Shown in pieces: positions 19,115 to 28,495 of a stretch of 64,000 bases of DNA. The notes under the pieces are model-generated. The model worked only from the letters and a program-made list of their open reading frames with translations. It searched no databases and was not told where the DNA came from. How positions within the stretch are numbered: the first letter of the stretch is position 1; each line of letters starts with the position of its first letter. Source of the DNA: Candidatus Latescibacterota bacterium. Its GTDB lineage: Bacteria; Latescibacterota; UBA2968. A program made the position numbers and the translations under genes. Where the stretch lies: contig OZ242320.1 of assembly GCA_965208125.1 (NCBI GenBank), forward strand, positions 3,200,001 through 3,264,000. The letters run 5' to 3'.

Positions 19115-19702
19115 TTATAACTCAAATACACTTTGGATAGCACTCTGAACAATTTGCAGAAGTAAAATTAACAAAATAGGCGACAAATCGAACATGCCCA
19201 GCGGAGGAACGATCTGCCGAAAAGGACCCATAATAGGCTCAGTCAAGCTGTAAAGAGTCCACATAAACCTGCCCCCGCGCACAAAGGGCAACCAGGAAAA
19301 TACGATACGCGCGATAATTAAAACCAGCAGGACCGCAACGGCTCCATAGAGCAACCAACCGATGACCTGCAGGATTTCGCCAGAAGAAATACCGTGCAGC
19401 AGTCCAATGAGTGCAAGCAGCACATCGCTGGTTAACCACTTAAAAAAAAATGCTCCAACCAATGTCGCTATCACCAGAATCAATGGTGCCGCGGCGGCAT
19501 TTCCAGGCATGTGTTGCGCAATGGGCCACACGAGTGGGTCGGTTATGCGCCGAACATAATATTGAGACCAGCCAAAAGAACTCATACGCACCAAAACAGC
19601 GCGTAATAGCAACAACGCCACCATGCCGATTACCAATGCAACAAGCATCCAGTCAATGGCTTGTTGGATTAAAATAATCGCCTGAGCAACCACATCAACC
19701 AT
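19115..19702 (-). CDS. YggT family membrane protein (two YggT repeats)
   Basis: RITDPLVWPI and LTEPIMGPFRQIVPPLGMFDLSP. Confidence 0.88.
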   Translation of the reverse strand: MVDVVAQAIILIQQAIDWMLVALVIGMVALLLLRAVLVRMSSFGWSQYYVRRITDPLVWPIAQHMPGNAAAAPLILVIATLVGAFFFKWLTSDVLLALIGLLHGISSGEILQVIGWLLYGAVAVLLVLIIARIVFSWLPFVRGGRFMWTLYSLTEPIMGPFRQIVPPLGMFDLSPILLILLLQIVQSAIQSVFEL

Positions 19703-19705
19703 AGT

Positions 19706-20389
19706 TTATACCGCCCGATGGCCAAAAATCGCCGTGCCCACGCGAACCATTGTCGCGCCTTCTTCAATTGCTACTTCAAAGTCGCTGGTCATCCCCATAG
19801 ACAGGGCAGATACATGGGGCTTGTGAATTGCGATGCGATCTCTGATCTGTCGCAGCAAGACAAAATTTGGTCGCGCTGTTTCGGGGTCTGGGTCAAATGC
19901 GCCAATTGTCATCAGCCCTGCCACCGAAACGCCCTGCAGGTCATCGACCTGCCCGACCAGATCTAATGCCGCGTTGGGCGATATACCAAACTTTGATGCT
20001 TCGCCCGATGTATTTACCTGTACTAATACGCGGACTGGGGTATTTATCCGCACAGCCCACCGGCTGATTTCTTTTGCCAGGCGCAATGTGTCAACCGAGT
20101 GAATCAGGTCGAATAAAGGCAACGCCTGTTTGACTTTGTTGCGCTGTAAGTGTCCAACCAAATGCCAGGATACAGTGCCTGCTACCTCTGTGACTTTATG
20201 CTGGGCCTCTTGCACGCGACTTTCGCCTAAAACCCGTGTTCCCGCATCTACGACCTGTTGCACGACATCGGCAGGCCAGGTCTTTGTCACAACAATCAAT
20301 TTAACCGCATCTGCCGACCGCCCGGACCGATGGGCAGCCCTGGCAATGCGGTCTTGAACGCGTTTTAAGTTCTCAGCAATTGCCGACAT
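19706..20389 (-). CDS. yggS: PLP homeostasis protein (YggS family)
   Basis: LIVVTK, GESRVQE, WHLVGHLQRNK, SMGMTSDFEVAIEEGATMVRVGTAIFG. Confidence 0.93.
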   Translation of the reverse strand: MSAIAENLKRVQDRIARAAHRSGRSADAVKLIVVTKTWPADVVQQVVDAGTRVLGESRVQEAQHKVTEVAGTVSWHLVGHLQRNKVKQALPLFDLIHSVDTLRLAKEISRWAVRINTPVRVLVQVNTSGEASKFGISPNAALDLVGQVDDLQGVSVAGLMTIGAFDPDPETARPNFVLLRQIRDRIAIHKPHVSALSMGMTSDFEVAIEEGATMVRVGTAIFGHRAV

Positions 20390-20597
20390 AGATTTCGGTC
20401 TCAAAATTGAAATATAGATTGTATAATTTAGGCAAAAACCAGTGTAATAGCAACTAAAACGGCCTGGAAGATGTAAGGCGAACCGCGTGAGATTTTTAGC
20501 TGTGAGGGCAAAAAAACGTTGACCCTATACGGAGGATATATGTATTGTAGTGCGCAGTGTAAGGCCCTCTCACCCTTTCAAATCTGGAGCTATTCTT

Positions 20598-22520
20598 ATG
20601 CCGCGAAATGGTTATGGACACATGGTGCTGGATGACTATGTCGAGCGCGTGCGGGCTGTAAATGCCGACCGAGCAAAACGCCTATCATCTATCCGAACAA
20701 AAAAAGAAGCTTTCGCATACCGCGATGAAGTGCGTGAGGCTATTGACAAAGCCTATCGCCCCTGGCCGAGCAAAACACCGCTTAATGCGCGCGTTGTCGG
20801 TACAATTGAACGCCGCCATTACCGCATTGAAAAAATCCTCTTTGAGAGCCGTCCGGGCTGTTTGGTTACCGCTCACCTTTATGTGCCGGACAAACTCGAT
20901 GGACCAGCACCTGGTATTATTGGTTCTTGCGGTCATGCTGCCGATGGCAAAAATGCATCGCTTTATCAGGCATTTTGTCAGCGTCTGGCACGCAATGGTT
21001 TTGTCGTTTTGATCTATGATCCTTTCAACCAGGGCGAGCGCGATCAATACTATGCCCTGCACAGCCGCGAGAGTGTGCGATCATCAACACATGCCCACAA
21101 TATGATGGGCAAACAACTCGAACTTGTGGGCGAATGGTTTGGCGCGTGGCGAGCATGGGATGGTATCCGCGCGCTCGATTATCTGCTTACCCGTCCCGAA
21201 GTTGATCCCAGGTGCATCGGGCTTACGGGTAACTCGGGCGGCGGCACTATGACCAGTTGGATATGGCCGGTGGAAGCGCGTTTTACTATGGCTGCCCCCA
21301 GTTGTTTTGTCACCACTTTTGTCGCCAATCTCGAAAATGAACTGCCCGCCGATTCGGAACAGTATCCGCCGGGCGTGATTGGCGCGGGCCTGGATATGGC
21401 TGATTTTTTTATTGCCCGAGCACCTGCTCCCGTCATTTTACTCGGGCAAGCCTATTGCTTTTTTGACCGACGCGGTCTCAAACAAGCCTATTCTGAAGTC
21501 CGTCGTTTCTACGATATCATTGGCGCGCCAGCCAATGCGACTGATATTTTTATCGGGTCAGAAGGCCACGGTTTTTTCCGCGATAACCAGGAAGCTATGG
21601 TGCAATTTTTTGCAACACATGCGGGCATTCAGGAGGTTGCCCGTTTGGAAGAGACCGAAGACTTGAGCGATGTTTTAAATGTCACCCCCAAAGGCGAGGT
21701 TGTGCCCGAAGGGGCTACGCCCATTTACGATTTGATTGCCCAAAAAGCAGATGTTCTTGCATCAAAACGCAAAAAGTTGGGCAAAGAAGAACTCCTCCGT
21801 TGTGTGCAGAATACGCTCAATTTGTCTGATGACCGCGACCTGCCCCACCACCGCTGGTTGCGTAGCACGACGGAAGATGGCGTTCGCCTGGCGCGGTATG
21901 CGATTGAAACCGAGGGCAATATTCGCGCTATTATGCGGAAACGCCTGTCCAATCCGTCTTATTCGCATACGCTCGATGTCGAACGCGAGGTTCATCTCTA
22001 TTTGCCACATGTTTCTGCGGAAGTGGATCTGATCGAAGATCCTTTTGCGAAAAGACTGAAAGAACAATATCCGCTCTATGCACTTGATGTGCGCGGTCTG
22101 GGAGAATCGCTTGCCGATGATGAACGCGACTTTTTTCACCCTTATGACAATGACTATATGTGCAATGGCTATGGTCTGATGCTCGGTCAAAGCTTTTTCG
22201 GACGGCGGGTACACGATGTGTTATCCACAGTTGACCTGCTGGCTCATGAAGGTGCGGAAAAAATTCATCTCTATGGTCGTGGGCAGGGTGCAATTCACGC
22301 GCTGTTTGCCGGATTTCTCCATTCTGAAGTGACGACTATAACCCTGAAAAATTATCCGCTGTCCTATCATGTCTGGACACAAACACCCCTGGTCAGTTGG
22401 CCTGCCGCCAATATACCTCGGGGCGTTCTCACATCATTTGATCTGCCCGATTTGATACACGCGTTGGACAAAAAACTCGAGCTTATTCAGCCCTGGGGGG
22501 CGGATATGGGAGAAGTGTGA
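20598..22520 (+). CDS. Alpha/beta hydrolase (acetylxylan esterase/Abhydrolase_7-like) with two hydrolase modules
   Basis: GH, YDPFNQGER, WDGIRALDYL, GNSGGG nucleophile; second module DVRGLGE...GRGQG degenerate. Confidence 0.8.
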   Translation: MPRNGYGHMVLDDYVERVRAVNADRAKRLSSIRTKKEAFAYRDEVREAIDKAYRPWPSKTPLNARVVGTIERRHYRIEKILFESRPGCLVTAHLYVPDKLDGPAPGIIGSCGHAADGKNASLYQAFCQRLARNGFVVLIYDPFNQGERDQYYALHSRESVRSSTHAHNMMGKQLELVGEWFGAWRAWDGIRALDYLLTRPEVDPRCIGLTGNSGGGTMTSWIWPVEARFTMAAPSCFVTTFVANLENELPADSEQYPPGVIGAGLDMADFFIARAPAPVILLGQAYCFFDRRGLKQAYSEVRRFYDIIGAPANATDIFIGSEGHGFFRDNQEAMVQFFATHAGIQEVARLEETEDLSDVLNVTPKGEVVPEGATPIYDLIAQKADVLASKRKKLGKEELLRCVQNTLNLSDDRDLPHHRWLRSTTEDGVRLARYAIETEGNIRAIMRKRLSNPSYSHTLDVEREVHLYLPHVSAEVDLIEDPFAKRLKEQYPLYALDVRGLGESLADDERDFFHPYDNDYMCNGYGLMLGQSFFGRRVHDVLSTVDLLAHEGAEKIHLYGRGQGAIHALFAGFLHSEVTTITLKNYPLSYHVWTQTPLVSWPAANIPRGVLTSFDLPDLIHALDKKLELIQPWGADMGEV

Positions 22521-22562
22521 AGGAGGAAGTGTGAAAAGCAACCACAGAAGAAACGCGGGAAG

Positions 22563-22641
22563 CAAGGGAAGTGGGGGCTGGTGGGACTGGGTGGACTGAT
22601 AGCTGACCGCTGAGAGCTGGGGAGGCTGGGGAATGGGGGGG
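22563..22641. repeat. G-rich degenerate heptamer tandem repeats
   Basis: GGGACTG GGTGGA CTGATAG CTGACCG CTGAGAG CTGGGGA..., with multiple G runs. Confidence 0.55.
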
Positions 22642-23400
22642 TTATCCTTCCAGTTGTTGGCGTAGATGGGATTCCATTGCTACAAACTGGGGATCGGCGC
22701 GCAAGGTGTTTTCTCGAGGATGGGGAAAATTGACTCTCAGATCTTCCGTAATTTTGCCGGGTCTGGCAGACATTACCACAACGCGGTCAGAGAGGAGCAA
22801 TGCCTCAGAGATGCTGTGGGTAATAAATAAGATAGCAGCACCGGTCGCCTGCCATATTCGCAACAGTTCAATTTGCATCTTTTCTCGCGTCATTTCATCC
22901 AATGCTCCAAAAGGCTCGTCCATAAGCAAGACGGATGGTCGGAAGGTCAAGACTCTGGCTATGGCGACCCGCGATTGCATGCCGCCCGATAGTTCGCGCG
23001 GATACGCCTGCTCAAATCCAGCCAGTCCGACAATGTCGATCATTTCAGAGACCCGGCTTAAAATCTCTGTGTCTCCAAAGACCTCTGCGGGCAGGCGGAC
23101 ATTTTCTTCAACCGTGCGCCAGGCGAGAAGCGAAGGATGCTGAAATACAAAGCCGACCAACCGTTCGCGCCGCGCGGCTTCGGGTATTTTCCCCAGTACG
23201 CGAACCGTGCCATTCGTCGGTGTTTCCAGGTCGCCGACAATCCGCATTAAGCTCGTTTTGCCACATCCCGAGGGTCCGATCATACTGACAAATTCGCCCT
23301 GCGCTATTTGCAGAGAAATTTGTGCGAGTGCTTCTACCCGATTGCTGTCGGTCACAAAAACTTTGTGGATATCCCGCAGTTCAATGGCTAATTCGTTCAT
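22642..23400 (-). CDS. ABC transporter ATP-binding protein, NitT/TauT family
   Basis: GPSGCGKT, VFQ, LSGGMQSR, LLMDEPFGALD, ITH. Confidence 0.93.
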   Translation of the reverse strand: MNELAIELRDIHKVFVTDSNRVEALAQISLQIAQGEFVSMIGPSGCGKTSLMRIVGDLETPTNGTVRVLGKIPEAARRERLVGFVFQHPSLLAWRTVEENVRLPAEVFGDTEILSRVSEMIDIVGLAGFEQAYPRELSGGMQSRVAIARVLTFRPSVLLMDEPFGALDEMTREKMQIELLRIWQATGAAILFITHSISEALLLSDRVVVMSARPGKITEDLRVNFPHPRENTLRADPQFVAMESHLRQQLEG

Positions 23401-23435
23401 AGTAGTCAGTAGTCAGTAGTCAGTTCCCCAGTCCC
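23401..23435. repeat. Heptamer tandem repeat (AGTAGTC)x3 plus AGTTCCCCAGTCCC
   Basis: agtagtc agtagtc agtagtc agttccc cagtccc directly upstream of the ATG. Confidence 0.7.
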
Positions 23436-23510
23436 AACCGCCCGTATCGTGAACTGCTGATGAAACGTCGCAGTCCTTCGTGGATTTCACTTCTTGTATC
23501 TTATGTTTGC

Positions 23511-23535
23511 GGGCGACCACAAGAGTCGCCCCTAC
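23511..23535 (-). repeat. GTAG-type REP-like palindrome
   Basis: Minus strand GTAGGGGCGACTCTTGTGGTCGCCC, immediately after the ppk2 stop. Confidence 0.75.
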
Positions 23536-23538
23536 GAT

Positions 23539-25020
23539 TTAATGTTTGTTCAAGTGTTTTTCCAGGGTTTTTACCACGGTTTTCAGCGTTTTAATGCGCG
23601 CATATAGCTTGCTATTGGACTCTACAATGGTCCACGGTGCGTAATCTGTATTCGTGCGGTACAACATCTCATCCACAGCGTCGCGATACTGATCCCATTT
23701 TTCTCGATTGCGCCAATCCTCATCTGTAATTTTCCACTGTTTGAACGGTACTCTTTCGCGGTCTTGAAAGCGTTTCAATTGTTCGTCTTTGTCGATATCG
23801 ATCCAGAATTTAAATAATAAGGTGCCGTAATTTGCCATCTGTTCTTCCATTTCGTTGATTTCGCGGTACGCGCGCTGCCATTCCTGTATTGTCGCAAATC
23901 CCTCTACGCGCTCGACCAGAACGCGCCCGTACCACGATCGGTCAAAGATGGCAAAATGACCGGCTTTGGGCATTTTGATCCAGAACCGCCACAAATAGTG
24001 ATGTGCCAGTTCAATATCATTTGGTGCGGCGATGGGGATTACTTCGTATCCACGCGGGTCCATGCGGCGCACCAGGCGTTTGATATTGCCTCCCTTTCCC
24101 GCAGCATCCCAGCCTTCGTACACAATGACGACTGACTGCCTTCGCAAATATACTTCGTGCTCGAGTTCCCATATCTTTTTTTGATAAATGCGGCGCAGGC
24201 GATCGTATTCTTTGCGCGTGAGTTCTCTGGATAAGTCAGAAGTCTCGAGCATAGAGTGCGGGATTGGGGGTAGGGAAACCGCTTTGGTCCGTGTCTTTTT
24301 GTTCAGAGATACCATTTTTTTTTCGAGGACTTTAATCACTTTTTCAAATACTGAAACCGTTGCAAAACGCCAGTTTTCAGCTGGCACAATATGCCAGGGC
24401 GCGTATTTGCTATCCGTGCGTGAGATCATTTCTTCGATGACTTCTCCATACGATTCGTATTGTTTATTCTTTTTCCAATCGTAATCTGTTACGCGCCAGG
24501 ACGTCAGGGGATTTTTCTCGAGTTGCTTAAAACGCTTTTTTTGTTCTTTGCGCGAGATGTGCAGGAAAAACTTGATGATTACATGGCCGTCATCTACGAG
24601 TTGTCGCTCGAAATTATTCACTTCTTGATACGCTTTATTAACCGGCAGCTTGATCATCATCGGATCCATGTTCTCTACTATGAATCGGCTATACCAACTC
24701 CGACCGTAAATCGCCAGGCGCCCGCGTTCGGGGATTTTGGTCCAGAACCGCCACATAAACGGTCGGTATATCTCTTCTTCATTGGGAACTTGTGTCGAAT
24801 ATACTTTGACACCCCGGGGATCGAGTACTTGCAACAACTCATTGATTTGTCGTCCTTTACCAGAAGCACCCCAGCCTTCGAATACAATCGTGATGGGCAC
24901 TTTGTTTTCCAGTGCCTTGCGCTCGAGTTGCCCCATTTTTATTTCAAGCTTTTCCATTTGGGCGTTGTATTTAGATTTTTTTATTTTTTGTTTTAGATCA
25001 ATAGCATTCAGGATTCCCAT
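23539..25020 (-). CDS. pap: Two-domain PPK2 family polyphosphate:AMP phosphotransferase
   Basis: Duplicated PPK2 domain: FEGWGASGKG/YGRSWY and YEGWDAAGKGG/FDRSWY; start set at MGILN after AGGAG. Confidence 0.9.
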   Translation of the reverse strand: MGILNAIDLKQKIKKSKYNAQMEKLEIKMGQLERKALENKVPITIVFEGWGASGKGRQINELLQVLDPRGVKVYSTQVPNEEEIYRPFMWRFWTKIPERGRLAIYGRSWYSRFIVENMDPMMIKLPVNKAYQEVNNFERQLVDDGHVIIKFFLHISRKEQKKRFKQLEKNPLTSWRVTDYDWKKNKQYESYGEVIEEMISRTDSKYAPWHIVPAENWRFATVSVFEKVIKVLEKKMVSLNKKTRTKAVSLPPIPHSMLETSDLSRELTRKEYDRLRRIYQKKIWELEHEVYLRRQSVVIVYEGWDAAGKGGNIKRLVRRMDPRGYEVIPIAAPNDIELAHHYLWRFWIKMPKAGHFAIFDRSWYGRVLVERVEGFATIQEWQRAYREINEMEEQMANYGTLLFKFWIDIDKDEQLKRFQDRERVPFKQWKITDEDWRNREKWDQYRDAVDEMLYRTNTDYAPWTIVESNSKLYARIKTLKTVVKTLEKHLNKH

Positions 25021-25022
25021 AT

Positions 25023-26147
25023 TTACTCCTTTATCCATGTGCGCGAGTCGGGCACGTCTAACCACGCGCCATCTTGCACAATTGACTGCTGACTGATTAA
25101 TCCCGGCAAGGTCATGTCCATGGCCTCGTGAATGCCAATTGGACAGGCAATTTCGCCGTTGATGCTTTGAATAAAATCCATGATTTCGAAATAGTCGCCC
25201 CCGCCGTGTCCGGCTTTTAATGCCGCTTCAGAGGGGTTGCGCCACATGTCGGGTAAATAGTCTTCTTCCAGATCTGTCAGATCTATCCATTCATTTTTTC
25301 CGTCGCAGATATCTGCGAGCCATACGCGATTGACACCGCCGCGCTCTCGCGCCGATTCGTAACACCCTTTTGTCCCTTGCAGTTGAAAATTGCCAGTTGC
25401 ATGGGGGCGTTCCGATAGCATATCTACCCGGATTTTTACCAGCCCGCCGCTCGCCATCTGGCACAACATGACGCACGAATCTTGATTTTCATACTGGTCT
25501 CCCCGAGGGTCTGTGTAATGGTGTCCGCTGCCCGCACAACACACGCGCACTACGCGGTCGCCCGGCATCCACTGCAAGAGAGGTCCCAGGCTGTGCGTGC
25601 AATAGGTGACACCATCAATGCCCGTTTGCCACTTGCGCCGCCATTTTGTGATTTCATTCAGGGCTTTCAATTCGTGCAAATACTCTCCTTCTCCGTAATA
25701 TACATCGCCGAACAAACCCCGCCGCACGAGTTCTTTTACCAGTACATTGGGGCGGGTGTAGGTGTAATTTTCAGCCATCATATAGATTGCTTTTGACGAG
25801 GTAGCGGCGTGTACCAGTCCGCGGCATTCCGCTACGGAGACCCCGGCTGTGACTTCGCTCAAGACGTGGATGTTGCGATGCAGTGCCTCAATTGCCTGCT
25901 GAGCGTGAAAATGCATGGGTGTGCCGATGACTACTGCATCGAGTTCAGAGCGCGCGAGCATGGTTTCGTAGTCCGCGTATTTTTCAGAGGCTCCCAATCT
26001 CTCAGCAGCAGCGTCGAGTTCCTCTTCGCGCACATCGCATACCGCGTGAATACGGGCTGTTTCATGGGCTTCAAAAGCGACTCGAAAACTGCCCCCACGC
26101 CCCGCAGCCCCCACAATACCCACGTTTAATTTTTCAGCGATTCCCAT
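25023..26147 (-). CDS. Gfo/Idh/MocA family oxidoreductase
   Basis: VGIVGAAGRG, IGTPMHFHA, HVLSEV, MAENY, GHGGGD. Confidence 0.88.
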   Translation of the reverse strand: MGIAEKLNVGIVGAAGRGGSFRVAFEAHETARIHAVCDVREEELDAAAERLGASEKYADYETMLARSELDAVVIGTPMHFHAQQAIEALHRNIHVLSEVTAGVSVAECRGLVHAATSSKAIYMMAENYTYTRPNVLVKELVRRGLFGDVYYGEGEYLHELKALNEITKWRRKWQTGIDGVTYCTHSLGPLLQWMPGDRVVRVCCAGSGHHYTDPRGDQYENQDSCVMLCQMASGGLVKIRVDMLSERPHATGNFQLQGTKGCYESARERGGVNRVWLADICDGKNEWIDLTDLEEDYLPDMWRNPSEAALKAGHGGGDYFEIMDFIQSINGEIACPIGIHEAMDMTLPGLISQQSIVQDGAWLDVPDSRTWIKE

Positions 26148-26168
26148 TAAATACCTCCGAAAAATTGG

Positions 26169-27851
26169 CTAATCGCGAAGGTTCGACAAGCGTATGTCCT
26201 CTACCAGCATTTGCACATTGGTTCTGCCCTGCCAGGTATTGGCCTGTAGTGCAAAGGCGAGATCGACGCGGTCGCCCACTGATAATTCGTAAACTCGCTC
26301 GCCCTGGCGAAACCAGATTGCATCGCACAGGTCAGCACCTGTATCTACGCTGAGTTTCAAATGCGCCCCGCGACCTATGGCGCGCGCATCTGCAATTCGG
26401 CAGTTGCGGGCTGCAAAACGCGGCAACTCGTTTTTTGCACCAAAAGGGGCCAATTTGTCCAGGGTGTCAACGGTCACGAGCGAAATATCGGATGGTTTGA
26501 GCGCGACATCGACTTCCAGTTGGGGCGTCAGTGCTTCCTCTGATAGCCGCGCTTGAGCATCTGCGATCAACCGGTCTTGAAATTCGAGATAATTTTCAGC
26601 GGGAACTGAAAATCCGGCGGCATCGGCGTGTCCGCCAAATTCGGTGAGCAAATCTGAGACTCGGAAAATTGCCTCGACGATATTGTATCCACCTGCTGTG
26701 CGCGCTGAACCCGTGTAGATGCCATTTTTGCGAAAGTTGGTACACACCAGTGCGGGTCGCGAAAATTTTTCGACCAATCGCCCGGCGATCAGCCCGACCA
26801 CACCCAGATGCCAGTCTTCACCGCGCACGACCAGAATGCGATACTGATCCAACCAGTTATCTTCTACCATGCGTTCGGCTTCGGCTATACCGTCGTTTTG
26901 CAGAGCCTGCCTTTCGCCATTTAGACCGTTTAATTCTTCGGCGAGTTTTGCCGCCTGTTCTCGGTTTTGACAACGCAACAAATCGAGTGCCAGATCGGCT
27001 GATGATAAGCGCCCGGCGCTGTTGATGCGCGGTCCGAGAAAGAATCCAATAGAGATCGTGTCGATGGGGCGGTTGGTCGTACCAGCGACGGCTTTAAGTG
27101 CCTGCAAGCCCGGACGCTCGGTGGTATTGAGGACCTGCATCCCCTTTCGCGTTAGCAGGCGATTTTCTGCAACCATGGGGGCCATGTCAGCCACAGTGCC
27201 CAAAGCGACCAGATCCAGAAGCGAGTTCAAATACCGGCGGCGTTCTGAATCGGACAGGAATTCTGATGTTAGAGCCTGTACCACCTTAAATGCCACTCCC
27301 ACGGCAGCCAGTCCCTTGAAGGGATATTCGCAGTCTGCGCGATTGGGGTTCACCAATGCCAGAGCGTCTGGCAATTTGTCCTGTGGATGGTGATGGTCAA
27401 TGACTACCACATCTATTCCGGCGTCATTGGCTGTGTCAACAGCCTCAAAAGCTGAAATGCCATTGTCCGCGGTTACAATGAGTTGTGCTCCTTGCGCGTA
27501 TGCCGTCTCTACACCCGACGGTTTCATGCCATACCCATCCCGGAACCGGTCGGGCAACAAAAATGTGGCATTGGCACCTACCAGATCGAAAAAATCCAGC
27601 AAAACAGCGGTGCTCGTGACGCCATCTACATCGTAATCGCCAAAAACCACAATGCGCTCTTTATTGCGAATGGCTTCTGAGATGCGTTCGACAATGCGGC
27701 GCATGTCTTTCATTAAATAGGGGTCATTCAAAATATCGGGAGAATCAGTCAAATCTTCTATTTTTAATGAACGGTTTGCGAGAATGACATCGGCAATAGA
27801 ATGATAGTCGCCCTTATGGCGTATGTTCCATATCGGGTACCTGGGTTCCAT
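26169..27851 (-). CDS. recJ: ssDNA-specific exonuclease RecJ
   Basis: GDYDVDG, DNG, IDHH, GTVAD, PRINSAGR, GGH (DHH/DHHA1). Confidence 0.95.
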   Translation of the reverse strand: MEPRYPIWNIRHKGDYHSIADVILANRSLKIEDLTDSPDILNDPYLMKDMRRIVERISEAIRNKERIVVFGDYDVDGVTSTAVLLDFFDLVGANATFLLPDRFRDGYGMKPSGVETAYAQGAQLIVTADNGISAFEAVDTANDAGIDVVVIDHHHPQDKLPDALALVNPNRADCEYPFKGLAAVGVAFKVVQALTSEFLSDSERRRYLNSLLDLVALGTVADMAPMVAENRLLTRKGMQVLNTTERPGLQALKAVAGTTNRPIDTISIGFFLGPRINSAGRLSSADLALDLLRCQNREQAAKLAEELNGLNGERQALQNDGIAEAERMVEDNWLDQYRILVVRGEDWHLGVVGLIAGRLVEKFSRPALVCTNFRKNGIYTGSARTAGGYNIVEAIFRVSDLLTEFGGHADAAGFSVPAENYLEFQDRLIADAQARLSEEALTPQLEVDVALKPSDISLVTVDTLDKLAPFGAKNELPRFAARNCRIADARAIGRGAHLKLSVDTGADLCDAIWFRQGERVYELSVGDRVDLAFALQANTWQGRTNVQMLVEDIRLSNLRD

Positions 27852-27897
27852 AAAATCTCCAGAGTGGTTGATCAGAGTGCGTATATGCGATCTCTAC

Positions 27898-27927
27898 TTG
27901 ACTTGAAGTCAATTTGAACGTTAATTT
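27898..27927 (+). promoter_or_regulatory. Candidate sigma70 promoter/operator for the ybjN-pspA unit
   Basis: Perfect inverted repeat TTGACT-tga-AGTCAA; TTGACT -35-like with TAATTT 18 bp downstream. Confidence 0.4.
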
Positions 27928-28013
27928 TTGAAACCAATATTTCGCTTGGGTATCTCATAGGCAGGACGGAGGGTCACGTTACACCTTCTGCTAACCGCTT
28001 TCAGGAGTTTAAA

Positions 28014-28409
28014 ATGTCAGAATATTTCAATACAGTCAAATCTTATCTTTTGGACCTCAATCTCGCGATTGACGAGGAAGATACCGCTGAAGAACTCGTT
28101 GTGGTGAGTGACGAAGATCGCGGTGTCAATCACCTCATTGTCGATTGCGAAGATCCCATCCTCATTATCGAGCAAGCTATTATGCCCATTCCCAACGTCC
28201 CTGGGGATCTGTACAAAAGGTTGCTCGAAATGAATCGCACACTCGTCCACGGGGCGTTTGCCCTGGACGATGAAACCGGCACGGTTCTTTTTCGCGATAC
28301 CCTGCGCCTGGATACACTCGACCGATCTGAGCTTGAAGGCTCGATTACCGCGCTCGAACTCGCCTTAGCCGATAATGCCGCAGAATTACTCGAATATAGC
28401 CATCAGTAG
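28014..28409 (+). CDS. YbjN/CesT-Tir chaperone-like protein
   Basis: Acidic 131 aa; DCEDPILIIEQ, LLEMNRTLVHGAFALD, FRDTL; upstream of pspA. Confidence 0.75.
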   Translation: MSEYFNTVKSYLLDLNLAIDEEDTAEELVVVSDEDRGVNHLIVDCEDPILIIEQAIMPIPNVPGDLYKRLLEMNRTLVHGAFALDDETGTVLFRDTLRLDTLDRSELEGSITALELALADNAAELLEYSHQ

Positions 28410-28462
28410 GGAGCGGGTTGAACTGCTATCGCAGTTGTACATCGCTCAAAACCCGCCCGTAC
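28406..28462. repeat. Degenerate REP-like inverted repeat
   Basis: GTAGGGAGCGGGTT ... AACCCGCCCGTAC enclosing an AACTGC-tatc-GCAGTT hairpin. Confidence 0.5.
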
Positions 28463-28495
28463 AAAAACTGACCATTTTTAAAAAAGGAGTATCTC

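Noticed and set aside
23457-23470. CTGATGA...GAAAC resembling a hammerhead ribozyme core
   Set aside because: The two core segments overlap with no stem II between them, so the topology does not fit
23417-23500. Short minus-strand frame DTRSEIHEGLRRF... as a possible gene remnant
   Set aside because: Too short, has no start, and similarity to any family cannot be supported by eye
24300-25020. Degenerate Walker motifs in the N-terminal PPK2 domain
   Set aside because: A degenerate N-terminal domain is already known in two-domain PPK2/PAP enzymes
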